From NCBI GenBank assembly GCA_032111565.1, contig JAULUM010000018.1, positions 40,123 through 104,122 of the forward strand: a DNA stretch of 64,000 nucleotides. Direction: 5' to 3'. The notes beneath the pieces were generated by a model, which was not told the origin of the DNA, did not search any database, and saw nothing but the letters and a program-made list of their open reading frames with translations. Position numbers and translations under genes: made by a program. This DNA comes from Rhodoluna sp. (GTDB taxonomy: Bacteria; Actinomycetota; Actinomycetes; Actinomycetales; Microbacteriaceae). This document shows, piece after piece, positions 41,796 to 50,866 of this stretch; position 1 is the stretch's first letter; every line of letters begins with the position of its first letter.

Positions 41796-42893
41796 ATGGC
41801 CAGTGAATACAAGCCTTTAGGCATCTTTAGCTACATCTTTCCTCCGATAGCTTTGAGTCTTCTGCTTCTAACTTGGGGAACCAAGCTTGAGGTTCTAGCC
41901 CTGATGGGCACATTCCTAGTGCTAGCGGTTGTTATCTATGTAGCAGTTCAGCATGCCGAAGTGGTTGCCCTAAAAGTAGGCGAGCCTTTCGGATCTTTGA
42001 TTTTGGCAATTGCCGTCACAATCATTGAAGTAGGAATGATTCTTATTTTGATCATCGATAACCCTGCAACAAGCAGGGATCTTGCTCGTGACACAGTATT
42101 TGCAGCCGTGATGATTGCAACCAATGCAATTGTTGGTGCTTCACTTCTTACACGCACCATGAAGCACAAGTTTGCCAAGTTCAACCCTGAAGGCATGGGT
42201 GGCGCTTTCGTGGTGCTTATGGCCATGGCTTCACTTGCTATCGTCTTGCCTTCTTTCACCACCTCTTCTGAGGGGCCAACCTACACAATTCCTCAACTAG
42301 TTGTTGTGGGGATACTGGCGTTGGTTTTGTACGCTACATTTGTCTTCGTTCAAACAGGCAGACATATCAATTTCTTTATTCCGCCAGAGCTAGAAAACGT
42401 TCCCGAGACTGTGGAACCTGCAAACGTACTAGTTTCGAAGAAGCGTGCTCTCCTGAGTGTTGTCTTGCTTTTTGTTTCTTTAGTGTCCGTCGTTGGACTG
42501 GCTAAGGTCTCGAGCCCATTGACTAAGAGTGCTGTTACCGATGCAGGTTTACCTCAAGGAGTAGTAGCTCTTTCGATTGCCTTGCTCGTTATGATGCCTG
42601 AACTCATTGCGGCTGTAAGAGCTGCTCGTTTTGGAAGAGTTCAAACCAGTTTGAACTTGGCTTACGGATCTGCGATTGCCTGCCTAGGTCTAACGATTCC
42701 AGTTTTGGCTGTTTACTCAATTCTTTTCGATTACCAAATGAATCTTGGTCTAAGACCGGCTGAAATGGTTCTTCTAGCTCTAACCTTTATCGTGACAATT
42801 CTCACAATTGTTCCAGGTCGAGCGACAATCATAAATGCGATGGTTCACCTGAGCATCTTCGCTTCCTTCATAGCTCTCGTATTTTTGCCATAA
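41796..42893 (+). CDS. chaA: Ca2+/H+ antiporter (ChaA/CaCA family)
   Basis: HAEVVA..VGEPFGSLILAIAVTIIEV, MPE, NLAYGS. Confidence 0.85.
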   Translation: MASEYKPLGIFSYIFPPIALSLLLLTWGTKLEVLALMGTFLVLAVVIYVAVQHAEVVALKVGEPFGSLILAIAVTIIEVGMILILIIDNPATSRDLARDTVFAAVMIATNAIVGASLLTRTMKHKFAKFNPEGMGGAFVVLMAMASLAIVLPSFTTSSEGPTYTIPQLVVVGILALVLYATFVFVQTGRHINFFIPPELENVPETVEPANVLVSKKRALLSVVLLFVSLVSVVGLAKVSSPLTKSAVTDAGLPQGVVALSIALLVMMPELIAAVRAARFGRVQTSLNLAYGSAIACLGLTIPVLAVYSILFDYQMNLGLRPAEMVLLALTFIVTILTIVPGRATIINAMVHLSIFASFIALVFLP

Positions 42894-42996
42894 CATAAAG
42901 GCAAATTGCTGCTTGGTAGCCGAGAAAAGTTAGTCTGGTAAACTTCAACTAATTAGACCTCTTAGGTCTTGGTTTACGAAGAAGAGAGACATCTAA

Positions 42997-45144
42997 ATGA
43001 CTGAAGAAGCAAAGTGCCCGGTACCTCATGGAGTTGGCACCGCCCCAGCATCAAATAACAAGTGGTGGCCTAATCAGCTAACAACTGCTGCTCTAATTCA
43101 TCACTCAGAGAAGAGCGATCCTTTTGGCCCTGACTTTGACTACGTTGCAGAGTTCAAGACACTGCCATTGGCTGAGGTTAAAGCAGAGATTGCAAAAACC
43201 ATGAAGACTTCACAGCCTTGGTGGCCTGCTGACTATGGTCACTACGGTCCATTCTTCATTCGTATGGCTTGGCACTCAGCTGGAACTTACCGCGTTAGCG
43301 ACGGTAGAGGTGGAGCAGGTCAGGGACTTCAAAGATTCGCTCCTCTTAACTCATGGCCGGACAATGTGAACCTAGACAAGGCAAGAAGATTGCTTTGGCC
43401 GATCAAGCAGAAGTACGGACGCAAGCTATCTTGGGCTGATCTAATGATTCTTGCTGGAAACGTTGCTCTTGAAGACATGGGTTTCAAGACCTTTGGTTTT
43501 GCTGGAGGACGAGCAGATGTTTGGGAACCAGATAACACCTACTGGGGTCCTGAGACCGAGTGGTTGGCAAACAAGCGTTATGACGCAACTCGTGATGCGG
43601 GAACTCTAGAAAATCCTCTTGCAGCTGTTCAGATGGGTTTGATCTATGTAAACCCTGAAGGTCCAGAAGGTAATCCTGACTTCCAACTAGCAGCAAACGA
43701 CATTAGAGAAACTTTTGCTCGGATGGCTATGAATGACGAAGAGACTGTTGCTCTAATTGCAGGTGGTCACGCATTCGGTAAGGCTCACGGTGCTGGAGAT
43801 GCTAACCAAGTAGGCGAAGCTCCTGAAGGTGGAGAGATACACCAGGTCGGTCTAGGTTGGGCTAACAGCCAAGGTAAGGGACACAGTGAAGACACCATCT
43901 CAAGTGGTCTTGAAGGTGCATGGACACCAACACCTATTAAGTGGGACAACACATACCTAGAGTTAATCTTCAAGTATCAATGGGAGAAGACCCACTCACC
44001 AGCAGGTGCTGTCATGTGGCATCCAATTAACTGCGAAAGAGCTGACATGACTCCAGATGCACATATCCCAAGGCAGATGAAGCTTCCTGTGATGTTCACA
44101 ACTGACCTAGCTCTTCGCTATGACGCCGAGTACGAAAAGATTAGCCGTAAGTTCTTGGCTGATTTTGATTACTTCTCAGATGCTTTTGCTCGTGCTTGGT
44201 TCAAACTAACTCACCGTGACATGGGTCCTCGTGCTCGTTACCACGGTGCTGAAGTTCCAGCAGAGGTGTTGCTATGGCAAGACCCTGTAGTTGAGGGAAG
44301 CACTGCTTGGACTAAGAGTAAGGATGAAGTAGCACAAGCAATCGATGCAACTGGTCTTTCAAATGCAGATCTAGTTAAGGCAGCTTGGCGTTCAGCATCA
44401 ACCTTCCGCAACAGCGATAAAAGAGGTGGAGCTAATGGTGCACGTATTGCATTAGAGCCTCAGAGAAACTGGGATGTAAATGCTGATGTAATGCCGACGA
44501 TAACTAAGTTAATCGAAGTGAAGAACAATCTAAAGGTTGACATTTCACTTGCTGACCTAATAGTTTTTGCAGGTAACCTTGCAGTCGAGAAAGCCGCTAA
44601 CAGTGCTGGAGTGAAACTGCACCTTGAAATTTCAAGTGGCCGTGGCGATGCAACTCAAGATCAGACTGATATTGAATCTTTCAACCACCTAAAGCCACTG
44701 GCTGACGGATTTATCAACTGGGCGCCAGGTTACGAAGCAACCGCTGAAGCTCTTCTTCTGGAGAAGGCATCTTTGCTATCTCTAACTCCTCCGGAACTAG
44801 CTGTTCTAGTTGGTGGCCTCAGAGCGATTGGTGCTGTTACTGAAGGTAGCAAGCACGGAGTTCTGACAGAGACTCCTGGAGTTCTAAACAACCACTTCTT
44901 CAGAAACCTGCTGGATAACGACATTGCTTGGGCTCCCAAAGCTGACCAAAAGGGAATCTATGGTTCTCACGCATATGCCAATGGTGAAAGAAAGTGGACT
45001 GCAACTAGAGCAGATTTAGTCTTTGCATCTAACTCAGTTCTTCGAGCAGTTGCGGAAGTTTATGCAGCTGACGATGCCCAAGAGAAGTTTGTCCAAGACT
45101 TTGCTAAGGCATGGACCAAGGTAATGACAGCAGACCTTTTCTAG
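42997..45144 (+). CDS. katG: Catalase-peroxidase
   Basis: [39 protein letters not shown]. Confidence 0.97.
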   Translation: MTEEAKCPVPHGVGTAPASNNKWWPNQLTTAALIHHSEKSDPFGPDFDYVAEFKTLPLAEVKAEIAKTMKTSQPWWPADYGHYGPFFIRMAWHSAGTYRVSDGRGGAGQGLQRFAPLNSWPDNVNLDKARRLLWPIKQKYGRKLSWADLMILAGNVALEDMGFKTFGFAGGRADVWEPDNTYWGPETEWLANKRYDATRDAGTLENPLAAVQMGLIYVNPEGPEGNPDFQLAANDIRETFARMAMNDEETVALIAGGHAFGKAHGAGDANQVGEAPEGGEIHQVGLGWANSQGKGHSEDTISSGLEGAWTPTPIKWDNTYLELIFKYQWEKTHSPAGAVMWHPINCERADMTPDAHIPRQMKLPVMFTTDLALRYDAEYEKISRKFLADFDYFSDAFARAWFKLTHRDMGPRARYHGAEVPAEVLLWQDPVVEGSTAWTKSKDEVAQAIDATGLSNADLVKAAWRSASTFRNSDKRGGANGARIALEPQRNWDVNADVMPTITKLIEVKNNLKVDISLADLIVFAGNLAVEKAANSAGVKLHLEISSGRGDATQDQTDIESFNHLKPLADGFINWAPGYEATAEALLLEKASLLSLTPPELAVLVGGLRAIGAVTEGSKHGVLTETPGVLNNHFFRNLLDNDIAWAPKADQKGIYGSHAYANGERKWTATRADLVFASNSVLRAVAEVYAADDAQEKFVQDFAKAWTKVMTADLF

Positions 45145-45160
45145 GCTAAAGAACCTCGAT

Positions 45161-45188
45161 TACTGGCCCTTGTTTACAGGGGCCAGTA
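45161..45188 (+). terminator. Terminator hairpin after katG
   Basis: TACTGGCCCTTG-TTTA-CAGGGGCCAGTA. Confidence 0.7.
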
Positions 45189-45297
45189 CTCGTTTAGCCA
45201 GAAATTAGAAATTCTGTCCAAATATTTAGACGCTTCAACTAGTATTTAGAGGACTAGAAAAAATATCTGGTTTTACGAATACTTTAAAGGAATTGTA

Positions 45298-46488
45298 ATG
45301 ATCAAAAAACTTGGTTTCTCAATTGCAGCCCTTGCTTTAGTGGTTGCTGCTTCTGTGCCGGCGGCAAACGCAAAGAGTCAGAATGCTGTTTCAATTTACT
45401 TAGACGCACCACTAGTTCAGGGTTCATTTGCAGCCGGCTCTTCAGGCACAACTACAGAAGACTTCAACAGCTTCGCTCCTGGCGCATGTCCAGCTACTTG
45501 GGCTGTAGGAACAATCTCTGGAGTTTGTAACATCAGCTCAAACCTAACCTGGGGTGGTTCATCTGTCGGGGCTAACTCGACTACACCTAGCGTCGGCGGT
45601 GCCGGTTCAAACTACGCAACTACCGCTAACAACACCGATTCATTCACACTAACTTTGTCTGCTCCATCAAAGTATGTTGGCCTTTACTGGACTGCTGGTT
45701 CTCCGAGCAACACAATCTCATTCTTCGATGGCAACAAAAAGATTATTGAGCTGACAACTAACTCAATCATGGAGCTGTTGGGTACTGCACCTACTGGTGC
45801 TGGCGATTGGTTGTCTATCAAGAACGATCCAGCCGCTGTTATTGAATCTGGAACTCCTGGCACTTCATACCAGAGAGCTTTCTACTTCGGTAACCCACGT
45901 GGTTACACAGCTAACCCTCCTACAGCAATTTCTACAATTTCGGGTGTCGACCCTTGGACCTACCTACACTTGTTTGCTTCAGGGACTGTTGAGTTCGATA
46001 GCATTCAGTTCTCAGGTGGTGGCTTTGAGTTCGACAACCTAGCTGTTTCAACCTCAGCTAAGACTCCTCCTGCATCACTTGCTCCAGCTGGTTTCATTAA
46101 TGCTGATCACACAATCACCTTTGACGCAAACGGTGGTGAAGGATCTATGGAACCTATGACTGCAAACGTTTCAGGTAACCTTCCTACAAACACATTGACC
46201 AACGCCAATGAAGAATGTACATTCGACGGTTGGAACACAAAGGCCGATGGCTCTGGAACTGCTTATGCAGATGGTGCAGCATTCTCATTTGAATCAAATG
46301 AGACCATGTTCGCTCAGTGGGATTGTCCAGAAGAAGAAGTTGTAGTTGAGGAAGAAGAAACAGTCGAAGAAGAAAAAGAATTGGCTCAAACTGGTTCCGG
46401 TAACTCTTCACCGCTATTCGCAACCTTCGCACTTCTTGCTCTAGGTTCAGCCTTGCTAGTAGCAAGCAGAAGAACTAGAAGAAGCTAG
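45298..46488 (+). CDS. Sortase-anchored surface protein with an InlB B-repeat and LAQTG signal
   Basis: Signal peptide; ITFDANGGEG...FDGWNTKADGSGT...FAQW; LAQTG + TM + RRTRRS. Confidence 0.78.
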   Translation: MIKKLGFSIAALALVVAASVPAANAKSQNAVSIYLDAPLVQGSFAAGSSGTTTEDFNSFAPGACPATWAVGTISGVCNISSNLTWGGSSVGANSTTPSVGGAGSNYATTANNTDSFTLTLSAPSKYVGLYWTAGSPSNTISFFDGNKKIIELTTNSIMELLGTAPTGAGDWLSIKNDPAAVIESGTPGTSYQRAFYFGNPRGYTANPPTAISTISGVDPWTYLHLFASGTVEFDSIQFSGGGFEFDNLAVSTSAKTPPASLAPAGFINADHTITFDANGGEGSMEPMTANVSGNLPTNTLTNANEECTFDGWNTKADGSGTAYADGAAFSFESNETMFAQWDCPEEEVVVEEEETVEEEKELAQTGSGNSSPLFATFALLALGSALLVASRRTRRS

Positions 46489-46501
46489 TAATTTCTACGT
46501 T

Positions 46502-46533
46502 ATTAGGCCCCAGATGTAATTCTGGGGCCTAAT
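46502..46533. terminator. Bidirectional terminator
   Basis: ATTAGGCCCCAGA-TGTAAT-TCTGGGGCCTAAT. Confidence 0.78.
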
Positions 46534-46589
46534 TCTTTAACGGGTTTGGAATAATCAGATGTTCCCAATAAGGGGAATATTAAGACAAC

Positions 46590-47189
46590 CTAGGAAAGCG
46601 CTTGATCGACGATAAGACCAATTAGTGCATTCCAAGCCACGGCATCCATAGGGTTATCGACAACATCATCAACAATCTTTCCTAAGGTATAGGCCTGGAT
46701 TAGTACTGCTGCTGCTCTAGGGTCGAAGTCTTTGTTGAACCAGCCTCTTTTCTGAACCTCTGCGAACTGTTCAGTAAATAGATCGGTTAGGCTCTGCTGG
46801 ACTTTGCCCAGAGCTTTCCTAAAGTCTTCGTTCTTCTCAGCCATACCTAGGATGCGAGCACGCTCATATCGGTTAGCTTTGCGAGCTGGGTCTTGGGTGA
46901 GTTCTGTCACTCTGCTTAGACCAGCGAAGAACTCTTCTTTGGTTTGGCACTCAGCAAGCATCTGCTTAATGACTCCGCCACTTTTTTCAACGTATCGTGA
47001 ATAGCGAACTAGGTAGGCCTCTTGGATAAGCTCCCCGATTGAGTCCCAGAAGTGATATAGGGATCCTCTAGCAATGCCGGTTCTGCGAAGGATTTCTGCT
47101 GCAGAAACGTCTTTTTCTTGAAGTTCATCAAGCATTTCGACAGCAGTGTTTAGCAACCTGTTTCTGGTCTCAGTTCCTGCCTCGCTCAT
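46590..47189 (-). CDS. TetR/AcrR family regulator
   Basis: N-terminal HTH EILRRTGIARGSLYHFW. Confidence 0.82.
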   Translation of the reverse strand: MSEAGTETRNRLLNTAVEMLDELQEKDVSAAEILRRTGIARGSLYHFWDSIGELIQEAYLVRYSRYVEKSGGVIKQMLAECQTKEEFFAGLSRVTELTQDPARKANRYERARILGMAEKNEDFRKALGKVQQSLTDLFTEQFAEVQKRGWFNKDFDPRAAAVLIQAYTLGKIVDDVVDNPMDAVAWNALIGLIVDQALS

Positions 47190-47334
47190 TTGATTAGTCT
47201 AACAAGGCGAGACAAATTCGAGTGATTCTCGCACTTTTGCGATTCTGCGAACACAAAGCCCTATTTGTTCCAATTCCCGATACTACGACTAATTAGTTCA
47301 TCACTGTTTATACGGGATCTAGAGCATATTCTTC

Positions 47335-48312
47335 ATGAAATATGCCGTTTGGTTTTTCCCAATCTGGAACTGGGCTAGCCTTAGGACATACCTCAACTTT
47401 GAGGTATACAACCGAATCGGGGAACCACATGAACAACAAAGCAACAAAGGCATTAGAACTGCTTTTATCGCAACAACCACCGCAGCGACTATGGCTTTTG
47501 CTATTGCTATTGCTACTGGGGCCCAGGCTGTCCAGCCAATCATTAACCTAGGTACTGCTGAGAGCTTTGCTGTTCTTGCTGGATCAGGAATCACTAACCT
47601 TGGAGCTACTACAGTTTCAGGTACTGCAGGTGGAGACATGGGTTCTTCAGCTACCCCAGCCTTCACAGGTGAGGCAGATGTAACAACTACTGGAACTAAA
47701 TACACAGCAGCTTCAGCAGCTGTTGATGAAGCAAAGGCAGACCTAGTTCTTGCCTACGATGATGCGGCTAGCCGTATTCCGGCTGACACAGTATCAGCTG
47801 ACCTTGGTGGACAGACTCTAACCGAAGGTGTTTACAACTCTGCCAGCTCACTCGGGCTTACCGGAACTCTTACTCTTGACGCTGAAAACAACCCTGATGC
47901 AGTATTTATCTTTCAGGCTGGATCAACTTTGACAACAGCAACTGCCAGCAAGGTTGCGCTTATCAATGGTGCACAGGCTTGTAATGTTTACTGGCAGGTA
48001 GGTTCATCAGCAACCTTCGGAACAACAACTGAGTTTGTTGGTCACGTGTTTGCTTTGGTTTCTATTACCGCTAACAACCAGGCAACCTTTGAAGGTCAGC
48101 TGCTAGCTCGTAATGGTGCTGTAACACTAGAAGAGAACACAATCACTAACAACCTTTGTCAGGAAGTAGTACCAACTCCTACCCCAACAACTGATGATGG
48201 TGGTGAACTTCCTAACACTGATACATCTGATTGGTTATTCCCACTAGTTGCGGGTCTTGCACTTGTTGCAGTTGGTGCAGGTGTATTCATCGCACGCAGA
48301 AAGCGTAACTAA
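47335..48312 (+). CDS. Ice-binding protein (DUF3494) with an LPNTD sorting signal; likely true start (47429) is frameshifted
   Basis: LGTAESFAVLAGS, LGGQTLTEGVY, FIFQAGSTL, NVYWQVGSSAT, GQLLARNGAVTL; LPNTD + TM + RRKRN. Confidence 0.88.
   Translation: MKYAVWFFPIWNWASLRTYLNFEVYNRIGEPHEQQSNKGIRTAFIATTTAATMAFAIAIATGAQAVQPIINLGTAESFAVLAGSGITNLGATTVSGTAGGDMGSSATPAFTGEADVTTTGTKYTAASAAVDEAKADLVLAYDDAASRIPADTVSADLGGQTLTEGVYNSASSLGLTGTLTLDAENNPDAVFIFQAGSTLTTATASKVALINGAQACNVYWQVGSSATFGTTTEFVGHVFALVSITANNQATFEGQLLARNGAVTLEENTITNNLCQEVVPTPTPTTDDGGELPNTDTSDWLFPLVAGLALVAVGAGVFIARRKRN
47434..47449 (+). repeat. Exact 8-bp tandem duplication CAACAAAG x2 right after ATG 47429
   Basis: ATGAA-CAACAAAG-CAACAAAG-GCATTAGA; removing one copy restores the frame. 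Confidence 0.9.
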
Positions 48313-48955
48313 CTCGGGAATTCATTCCCAAAGATCTCGCAAGGCCGCTCCTTGGTGGGCGGTCTTTGCGATTATCTTGGGCGTTCTCTTATGTCTTTGG
48401 GCTGTCTTCTTTGTTAGACAACAACCACCACCTCAGGTAGCTCCAGTCGTTGTCCCTAAAGTGACAATCACTCCAATTCCAACACCAACTCCGACTCCAA
48501 CTGAAGAGCCTCCTCTCTATCGTTTTCAACCAAAGATTGGCGACAAGATTGGAACCATCACTCTCAAGACTTTGAAAGAAAGCTGGGCCATCTATGAGGG
48601 CACTACAGAAGCTCAGCTATCCAAAGGTGTTGGCCACTACGTAGGAAGCGTTCTACCTGGAATGGATGATAGAAGTGTTTTATCTGGTCATCGCACTACG
48701 GTTTTCAATCGTTTAGGTGAACTAGAGATTGGTGATGAGATTTATGTGAAGACTGCTGCAGGAGTTTTCACATACAAAGTCAGAAGCTTCTGGGTTGTTC
48801 AAAGATCAAACACACAGGTAATAAAGCCTTCTTGGACAGGCGTATTGACTCTAACTACCTGCTATCCGTTCAACAGTTTGGTGAGAACCAACAGGGCATT
48901 CGTTGTAACTGCTGATCTTGTATCTTCTGTGTTAGCAAAAGACATAAAGAAGTAA
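48248..48955 (+). CDS. Sortase (class D-like)
   Basis: N-terminal TM, Pro-Thr linker, GVGHY, LSGHRTT, LTLTTCYP, conserved Arg; start codon uncertain. Confidence 0.88.
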   Translation: MRVLHLLQLVQVYSSHAESVTNSGIHSQRSRKAAPWWAVFAIILGVLLCLWAVFFVRQQPPPQVAPVVVPKVTITPIPTPTPTPTEEPPLYRFQPKIGDKIGTITLKTLKESWAIYEGTTEAQLSKGVGHYVGSVLPGMDDRSVLSGHRTTVFNRLGELEIGDEIYVKTAAGVFTYKVRSFWVVQRSNTQVIKPSWTGVLTLTTCYPFNSLVRTNRAFVVTADLVSSVLAKDIKK

Positions 48956-50116
48956 TTAGCGCTTCTTTACTACAGTACCCTGACCGTTTAGTTCCCAAGC
49001 GTGAACGTAGTCAATAATGGTTTTGCTCTCAGCCCAACCGGTGTAACTTCCACCGAACCCAACGTTGCCACCAACAGCATTGTTCAAGATCAAGAAGAAT
49101 GGTTCATTGAATACCCATTGTCCGTTTACGTTAGCTGGGGTAACAGTCCAGAACACTTCTCGGTCAACATAGAACTCAAGGCGATTAGGCAGCCAAGCAA
49201 GTCCATAGGTGTGGAAGTCTGCTTGGTAGTTAGCCTGGTTCTTCTCTTCTCCCCATACGTAAGCGTGGTTACCACAGCAAGTAGCTGTATTTGTCTTTGA
49301 GAAGTGAACTGCTGCAGAGTTTCTCATTGGCAGGTTTCCACCCTGCTCAGCGATGTCAATCTCGCCTGCTAGAGGCCAGCCGACCTGAGTCATTGCATCC
49401 CCCAGTGCCCAGAATGCTGGCCAGTTGGCTCCACCTGCTGGCATCTTTATACGAGCTTCAATGTATCCGTACTTGAATGAAACTTTGTTTTGAGTATCAA
49501 AGCGTCCGCTTGTGTAGTTACAAGGTGGTGACATACAGTTACCTGCGTTTGTAGGTGGAGTAGTAACTCGCTTAGTTGTGATCACAGCATTACCCTGTGG
49601 TGTTCCATCAAGGCGAATGGCGTCTGGTGTGTACCATTGCTTTTCTGCGTTGTGACAGGTTCCACCACCGTTTGCACTCTCATGACCACAATATCTAGAA
49701 GTCCAGTTAGTGCTATCGATTAGCCCATCTGCTTTACCTGTAAATGAATCCGACCAAAGTAACTTCCCAACCTTGTGTCCAAACAATGTAGGGGTTGCAA
49801 TTGTTGACCTCCACTGAGCAAACACAGTCATGTTCTTCTTTGGCTTTACAACTGTGGTGCGGTGATACTTCACAGGACCAGTTCTAGTAAGTGACCAACC
49901 AATGAAGCGATGTGAGTCTCTAGTGAATTTGTTTGTCGCAAGAGTTTTTCCCCTGACAGGAACTACCTGCTTGGCCATAGTCCCTGATCCACCGTTTGCA
50001 TTAAATGTAATGGTGTACGAGGTGGCAGCAACAGCTGGGTTAGACAAGATTGGGGCGGATAGTGCTGACAATGTAATTGCAGTCGCAGTTAATAATCCGA
50101 GTACTTTTGCTTTCAT
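48956..50116 (-). CDS. Secreted GH16 glycoside hydrolase (laminarinase-like) with an InlB B-repeat
   Basis: YTSGR, WPAFW, catalytic GEIDIAE, FHTYG, IDYVH. Confidence 0.88.
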   Translation of the reverse strand: MKAKVLGLLTATAITLSALSAPILSNPAVAATSYTITFNANGGSGTMAKQVVPVRGKTLATNKFTRDSHRFIGWSLTRTGPVKYHRTTVVKPKKNMTVFAQWRSTIATPTLFGHKVGKLLWSDSFTGKADGLIDSTNWTSRYCGHESANGGGTCHNAEKQWYTPDAIRLDGTPQGNAVITTKRVTTPPTNAGNCMSPPCNYTSGRFDTQNKVSFKYGYIEARIKMPAGGANWPAFWALGDAMTQVGWPLAGEIDIAEQGGNLPMRNSAAVHFSKTNTATCCGNHAYVWGEEKNQANYQADFHTYGLAWLPNRLEFYVDREVFWTVTPANVNGQWVFNEPFFLILNNAVGGNVGFGGSYTGWAESKTIIDYVHAWELNGQGTVVKKR

Positions 50117-50251
50117 TGAATAAGTCTAGTTTGTGAGCTTTCGCGTATTTCCCTTCCTAACCTGCGACCTTCCTGAGAGGTTCGATGGAAAGGTTTACTT
50201 GCCATTTGTTCATCGAGCGCTTTGTTAGACATGCCTGCCTATACTTGCCTT

Positions 50252-50494
50252 ATGCCCCCAAAGCCGCCTAAGAAGCCTCAGCCCGATCAAGTTCAACTAG
50301 AACAAGAGTGGTATCGAATTGGGCTCACAGGACCAGCTAGGAAAGCACTGGTTGAAGCCAGGCTATACAAAGTTTCTGACTTACGAAGAATCACTCTTCA
50401 AGAACTAACTGCTTTACCTGGCATGAGTAAATCTGCAGTGAAGAGAATTCAAGTAATCATGAGTGCAAAGAAGATTTCTTTTTCTTCACACTAG
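50252..50494 (+). CDS. Small HhH / RNAP alpha-CTD-like DNA-binding protein
   Basis: IGLTGPARKALVEA...ELTALPGMSKSAV; TATACT-6nt-ATG at 50252. Confidence 0.65.
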   Translation: MPPKPPKKPQPDQVQLEQEWYRIGLTGPARKALVEARLYKVSDLRRITLQELTALPGMSKSAVKRIQVIMSAKKISFSSH

Positions 50495-50593
50495 CTTTCG
50501 AAGAAGTCAGGCTGTGGACTTCTTGAGCAGACAATCACAACTTTTGGCAAACTACTTCTGCTAGCAGACGCATGGCTTGTCTAGCCAGCAGTT

Positions 50594-50619
50594 AAACAAA
50601 ACCCCGGAGGCAACCGGGG
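50594..50619 (-). terminator. Minus-strand intrinsic terminator within the intergenic region
   Basis: Minus strand reads CCCCGG-TTGCCT-CCGGGG-TTTTGTTT. Confidence 0.65.
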
Positions 50620-50680
50620 GCATTGTTTGACCTCTTGACGAGGGTCTAATCGGAAAAACAACTTCCGAAACTTATCCTTG
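50594..50680 (-). ncRNA. Candidate ~85-nt sRNA (possible antitoxin)
   Basis: TATACT -10 on the minus strand at 50687-50692, internal hairpins, ends in the U-tailed terminator at 50594-50619; no ORF starts within it. Confidence 0.3.
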
Positions 50681-50777
50681 GTGTCGAGTATAGGGAATAT
50701 TTCTTTTTTAGGAAAGAAGTTATCCCCTTCCGGTTAGGCCCTCTCCTTAGTCCATGCCTAACGAGAGGAGAGACAAG

Positions 50778-50861
50778 ATGACTATTAGTCAGATTGTTGA
50801 TCTGGTGATACTGGTGGTGAAGATAATCATCTTGATTGTCGAAACCATTTGCACTAGGTAG
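50778..50861 (+). CDS. 27-aa amphipathic hydrophobic peptide, TisB/DinQ-like candidate type I toxin
   Basis: Not in the ORF track. SD AGGAGAG; MTISQIVDLVILVVKIIILIVETICTR; strong hairpin 5 nt after the stop. Confidence 0.6.
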   Translation: MTISQIVDLVILVVKIIILIVETICTR

Positions 50862-50866
50862 AACCA

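Noticed and set aside
41195-46533. Similar GGCCC...GGGGCC hairpins as a REP/MITE family
   Set aside because: Each sits just after a stop codon and only the GC core is shared; ordinary terminators.
47410-47430. CCGAATC-GGGGAACCAC resemblance to the c-di-AMP (ydaO) riboswitch 5' motif
   Set aside because: No intervening stem and no 3' half; the segment is explained as the RBS.
50545-50592. GGCAAAC...GACGCA...GTCTA resemblance to a c-di-GMP-I riboswitch
   Set aside because: Lacks the GNRA-capped P2 and the P3/receptor spacing; folds better as a simple hairpin. An Rfam cmscan would settle it.
50120-50780. LexA (SOS) box upstream of the TisB-like peptide
   Set aside because: No CGAAC-N4-GTTCG match found by eye, so SOS control is not claimed.
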